Shown here: one piece after another, positions 62,201 through 64,000 of the stretch
How positions within the stretch are numbered: position 1 is the first letter of the stretch
Layout of the letters: every line of letters starts with the position of its first letter
Assembly (NCBI GenBank): GCA_039096225.1
Contig: JBBPEB010000006.1
Coordinates: forward strand, 620,001 to 684,000
DNA length: 64,000 bases
Origin: Blastocystis sp. Blastoise
Taxonomy: Eukaryota; Protista; Bigyra: Opalinata
Direction of reading: 5' to 3'
The notes under the pieces: generated by a model
Seen by the model: only the letters and a program-made list of their open reading frames with translations
The model's database searches: none
Told to the model about the DNA's origin: nothing
Made by a program: the position numbers and the translations under genes

Positions 62201-63909
62201 CTAAACGAAGAGAATTCTGGGTGAATACGTTAGATGAAATCAAAGAAAAAATAAATTCATTAAACACAATTCCTATTAGTCCTCATCAAAAATTAATAAC
62301 TCTTCGTCAATATATTATTCCTTGTATTGAATTCTTGGCTAGAAATGGTGATACTAATATACTTAAAATAAAAGAACTGGATGTACTAATAAGAAATAAT
62401 GTTAAGAATTGGAATGGATGTTCTTCTGTCTGGCCTAAAGACTTTTATAGCACCTCAATACGAGATGGTGGACTTGGTGTTACTTCGTTGTTAGATAGGT
62501 ATTATATTGGTAAAGCTTCTCTACTGGTAAGAATGGCTAATTCAAATGATATAAATATTAGAAATACTTTATATTATGCTCTTAGATATACTACTCTACA
62601 AAATTCTCTATATGTGATTAATGATCCAATAAACTATATGAGAGGCCATATTCCTACTGGAATCCCTGAAAATAGAAAGAAAGATTTGGTATTCTTTAAT
62701 CTATCTATCAACAACATTAACAAACCCTTAAAAGCAAAGAAAGAAAATAATACTGTTATTCCTCTAGATATAGACTTTACTACACTGAACCATCCCTTCC
62801 CTTATATAAGAAAAGCTATTGATGCTATAGTTGCGTTAAACATGGACATATGTTACTATGAGAATAATCCGAAAAATGGAGCTGGAATAAGAATAAGAAG
62901 TACTGATAATAGTATATCGAAATTTATAGAAGCGAAAGATGTGAAACGTAAAATGTGCAAATTATTAAATGAATCTTTGAAAATAAGACATGCTTCTATG
63001 CTGAAAGAATACTCCTATTTACAATATACTAAATACTTAAATAATAATATATCGTGTAATAAATGGATATACAAAACAAAACATATTAATCCTTCAAAAT
63101 ACTGTGCCTTATTGAATCTTCGAATGAGAACCCTATATACTGGTGAGATGGCTTATAGAAGACAAAATCCAAAAGGAAAGAAACCTACTCTACAGGATAC
63201 TGTCGCTTTATGTCCTTATTGTTTGAAAACTAAAAATGAATCAAAAATACATAGTCAAACCCACATCATGACTACCTGTGCTAGAATCTCTAGAAATGAA
63301 AATGGACACGATCTGATTAGCAAAAGACATAATGAAATACGAGAATGTTTAGCTAGATCTTTGGCAAAAACTCTTCCTTATACTATTTTTAAAGTCAATC
63401 AAGAAAAATCAATGAATACTATTCTATATGATGGTAAGAATAAAGAACAATGGGCTAATCGGCGTCCAGATATTATAATTACAAGTGAGAAAGAAATAAG
63501 AATGGTAGAAATTGGTGTTACTTATGAACAAGTAGATGGAACTCGTGATACTCTCTTAGAAATGAAACATACTAAAGATCATTCATATGATGAAGCTATA
63601 CAAAAATTACAACATGATTTCCCTAATAAACAAATCTCCTACTATACTGTTATACTTGGTGCTTCTGGGACAATTCCTGAATCTACTATTCATAATATAT
63701 CTCAAGTTTCAAAACTCAAAGGAAGATATCTTTACTTCTTAATATCAAAAATTAATGATATAGTCTTAGAATGGGCCTATAAGTATTGGAGACTATCTCT
63801 TTCTGATTCTAGACTAATTACAAAAAATATTTCTAGACTACATTCTTCTGCTGCTCATATTGAATTAACTCAACGAAATATGGAATAATATATTATATTA
63901 ATTATATTA
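56228..63909 (+). mobile_element. RLE-type non-LTR retrotransposon, copy 3 (variant); 3' UTR interrupted
   Basis: Same 24-nt tRNA 3' fragment at its 5' end and an intact ORF. The sequence departs from the copy 1/2 3' UTR within about 20 nt of the stop codon. Confidence 0.93.
56281..63888 (+). CDS. 2,535-aa retrotransposon polyprotein (RT, CCHC, RLE), variant
   Basis: Same catalytic motifs as copy 2. The first ~500 aa are strongly diverged. Confidence 0.95.
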   Translation: MQSAIQISNNASVPESKLQHDLLQSVDKGQNSSVSSSVCAREDDKMISDEGNTQEFLGASKNQKQIKYAQNGLPIQEKENFSGCEIPGNSEASRGSSITLKDPPNNNGYLQPKNNPEKDISSSTSISTTTLPLHNQNSPIPLETEVFYIETSTLAKKRKMSPVCTDFMSLRKKKDGDELVEPTMSTKDAVNSLSTKNDDTTKKNDWNFSSTKTSWSSNYSVQSSWSTDINIWIDYDDPRNTMKPTSTFSMNFGTTNDETTTIPLDESNTMNETTMNPSMNETTQNLQEIIPNSSQSKEIRNENEMKDVLMNTEENNVINIDTTVVDVNDKMDDEIQKSNINIELNENNIDNSMNENTPSESSNSPESSNSPPTPTLSQLLHQRIFPNDTNPPSWAQNNNISTLELSSSSSTNTSINTSINTNNNTLLTTNNQSNDIQHNSSLSSEDELITMNLSDEEQESSYDTLDDIHTYTPNEILGEYEIPTIDNILETTHGNNFNILLPTNIYTITSPPTNFPTKFNWLFPAKPEFLIGYNTIKKHKNGKKWNNIESLKEFINHFTLMFIYEKRKNRPRIQKRITRQKSFSMLFPQSSVNTLFYLLRTLRNIYSNKHRNSSAPINEVAKQNDIPIKERITPSDTTNNYIQNEIDDNTHTNMGTFLSPVPSDSITTIEPTIPSISNSIINSNSIPIHISSSSTNTTNNIDTPIIMNTTINPDDHTIIESPISIESPITVNLSSTIESPISIESPSNIDSTNLSSSMNIEQINTNITKNTIISSPSINNTQLSPNNSMENIDMELDIDINSIPSTLNTIDSNTNNINQQKESIHKDLVNNTMNITTNKEIATSIANEEENIQNKRNTINLDTTNTQINNTTTIQNQNEYYDISSDESIINISSMSTSTTTSPMNSPIPLENHISLSTIDFNFTPIISTQKDTNESKKTTTETTTTIETTTTSLPINTNEIINNNNTIDIDIDIDQNMNNSETNSPMNTMEIQEEIASTTMNTNNDTMMDIESSNTQEQTFTNNSTQKNKKNSTQKGNKNKNNKNKSKYDDYIKAPRIPNTEDLLSTYSPINIQKTIQFSKTIKVDNTPKRRLSSMAIHKLGNWKSFIRFNKFIENKLIPLVTPFPISSDEPNTIQMNNEMINSFNNICDYIQNELYNWIYNNSIPTYRSWHDNNLNNNSSTKKYNTIYRKNNRYSPSQKNSYNDKNSSNKYSYAGKNNKNRNGNSYRSNNQYRNSKKTYTRKNNQYRKKYMNTHDISQNNRGYGQNRSHIDSTPNNLQNTTNNMDDMDTHDISQNNHGNTQNRYDTQNIPGNNHDYNQHRYNRRKNNYNHPINNYSNKNKYKKNNNYKNYMDLSPSTNNNNTTTTNRSTTINGTTPSTNVTTSTTSPPPTTTTPTNNTNTIHMNNNFKQTNDDFFDNNPFRKSTDNEIEALKKYYNNLKSNLDTLKYDLNHNIIPNIPETELYTISSTLSESILNWKNKLQSITLFDEDEELKINILNILQKDNENNITPLLTLEQWKEILNLIMNEIESCLWNINQLKEAKIRITSINDAKKIQSEFDKNTKAFLRSKVFSKTTPRYCEIPSKDLQEQFTKLYDSQETSDNILLPDIIKSNTKQLLNPPALNKITYERIKHALKFLPNNSTPGPNGLPYEVYKYSSSACSLLAYILEICRSNGITLKSWSSSITCLLDKNKSDPSSLGNWRPLALQNTESKILSSIMVTYMNELNNKQNFMSKYQKGFISGIPGCEELNFILQNYIANFKLSRRAKTAAYFTFLDLEKAYDTVPQRLMHQILQYMNFPIDFRNIILSLYSSANTVIRLTKNSYTDPIYLKRGIRQGDPLSPLLFNIILNPLLNYLNNNQAMMMNIKDNTTPNNPIVISESNAYAYADDIVLLANNKEDTEALLGKVKEILNIYHMKLSVNKCKCLAMKYSNDGNRKLTYTPPPPTYNNEVITLLKDTEIQRYLGCPMGESITKRREFWVNTLDEIKEKINSLNTIPISPHQKLITLRQYIIPCIEFLARNGDTNILKIKELDVLIRNNVKNWNGCSSVWPKDFYSTSIRDGGLGVTSLLDRYYIGKASLLVRMANSNDINIRNTLYYALRYTTLQNSLYVINDPINYMRGHIPTGIPENRKKDLVFFNLSINNINKPLKAKKENNTVIPLDIDFTTLNHPFPYIRKAIDAIVALNMDICYYENNPKNGAGIRIRSTDNSISKFIEAKDVKRKMCKLLNESLKIRHASMLKEYSYLQYTKYLNNNISCNKWIYKTKHINPSKYCALLNLRMRTLYTGEMAYRRQNPKGKKPTLQDTVALCPYCLKTKNESKIHSQTHIMTTCARISRNENGHDLISKRHNEIRECLARSLAKTLPYTIFKVNQEKSMNTILYDGKNKEQWANRRPDIIITSEKEIRMVEIGVTYEQVDGTRDTLLEMKHTKDHSYDEAIQKLQHDFPNKQISYYTVILGASGTIPESTIHNISQVSKLKGRYLYFLISKINDIVLEWAYKYWRLSLSDSRLITKNISRLHSSAAHIELTQRNME

Positions 63910-64000
63910 CTAGGGTAACGCCGCTGGCGCACCGCCTAACGGCGACGCGCCGCGGCTGCGTTGTGCAGTTGGGTTTTAAAATTATTTCTTTAACTTTATT
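63910..64000 (-). mobile_element. Helitron-type 3' terminus; the element continues beyond the window
   Basis: The minus strand reads GGCGCGTCGCC-GTTA-GGCGGTGCGCC (GC-rich hairpin, 63951-63926), a 12-nt spacer, then CTAG followed by a host T. Confidence 0.7.

Noticed and set aside
39045-63888. LTR/DIRS element, group II intron, telomerase or bacterial retron interpretation of the RT
   Set aside because: There are no LTRs, integrase, RNase H or tyrosine recombinase. The RT motifs plus CCHC, RHN and PD..E endonuclease match RLE non-LTR elements.
63911-63916. TAGGG as a telomere start
   Set aside because: It is a single unit with no tandem repeat and is better explained as the Helitron CTAG end.

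Overview
Very AT-rich, intron-dense eukaryotic DNA, probably a protist; the species cannot be called from this window. Positions 1-38.9 kb hold ordinary host genes: the 5' part of a BLTP1/CSF1 lipid-bridge gene, a mitochondrial carrier, a class-3 lipase, a coiled-coil protein, a ZZ-finger protein, a C2-like protein, an EamA transporter, HDDC2, RPS23, RPS4 and two intronless MFS transporters. This part also has a 2.8-kb non-autonomous TIR element and many (TA)n/(TTA)n introns. The main signal is at 39-64 kb. An intact tRNA-Lys(UUU) gene is followed directly by a head-to-tail array of three ~8.6-kb non-LTR retrotransposons with an R2-type RT, CCHC knuckle and restriction-like endonuclease in a ~2,550-aa ORF. 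Every copy starts with the last 24 nt of that tRNA plus its terminator. This fits site-specific insertion into the tRNA T-arm that regenerates the tRNA and lets elements stack. The third copy has a divergent N-terminus and is followed by a Helitron-type 3' end. Several introns of highly expressed genes have non-AG ends that copy the flanking exon, most likely an RNA-seq polishing artefact.
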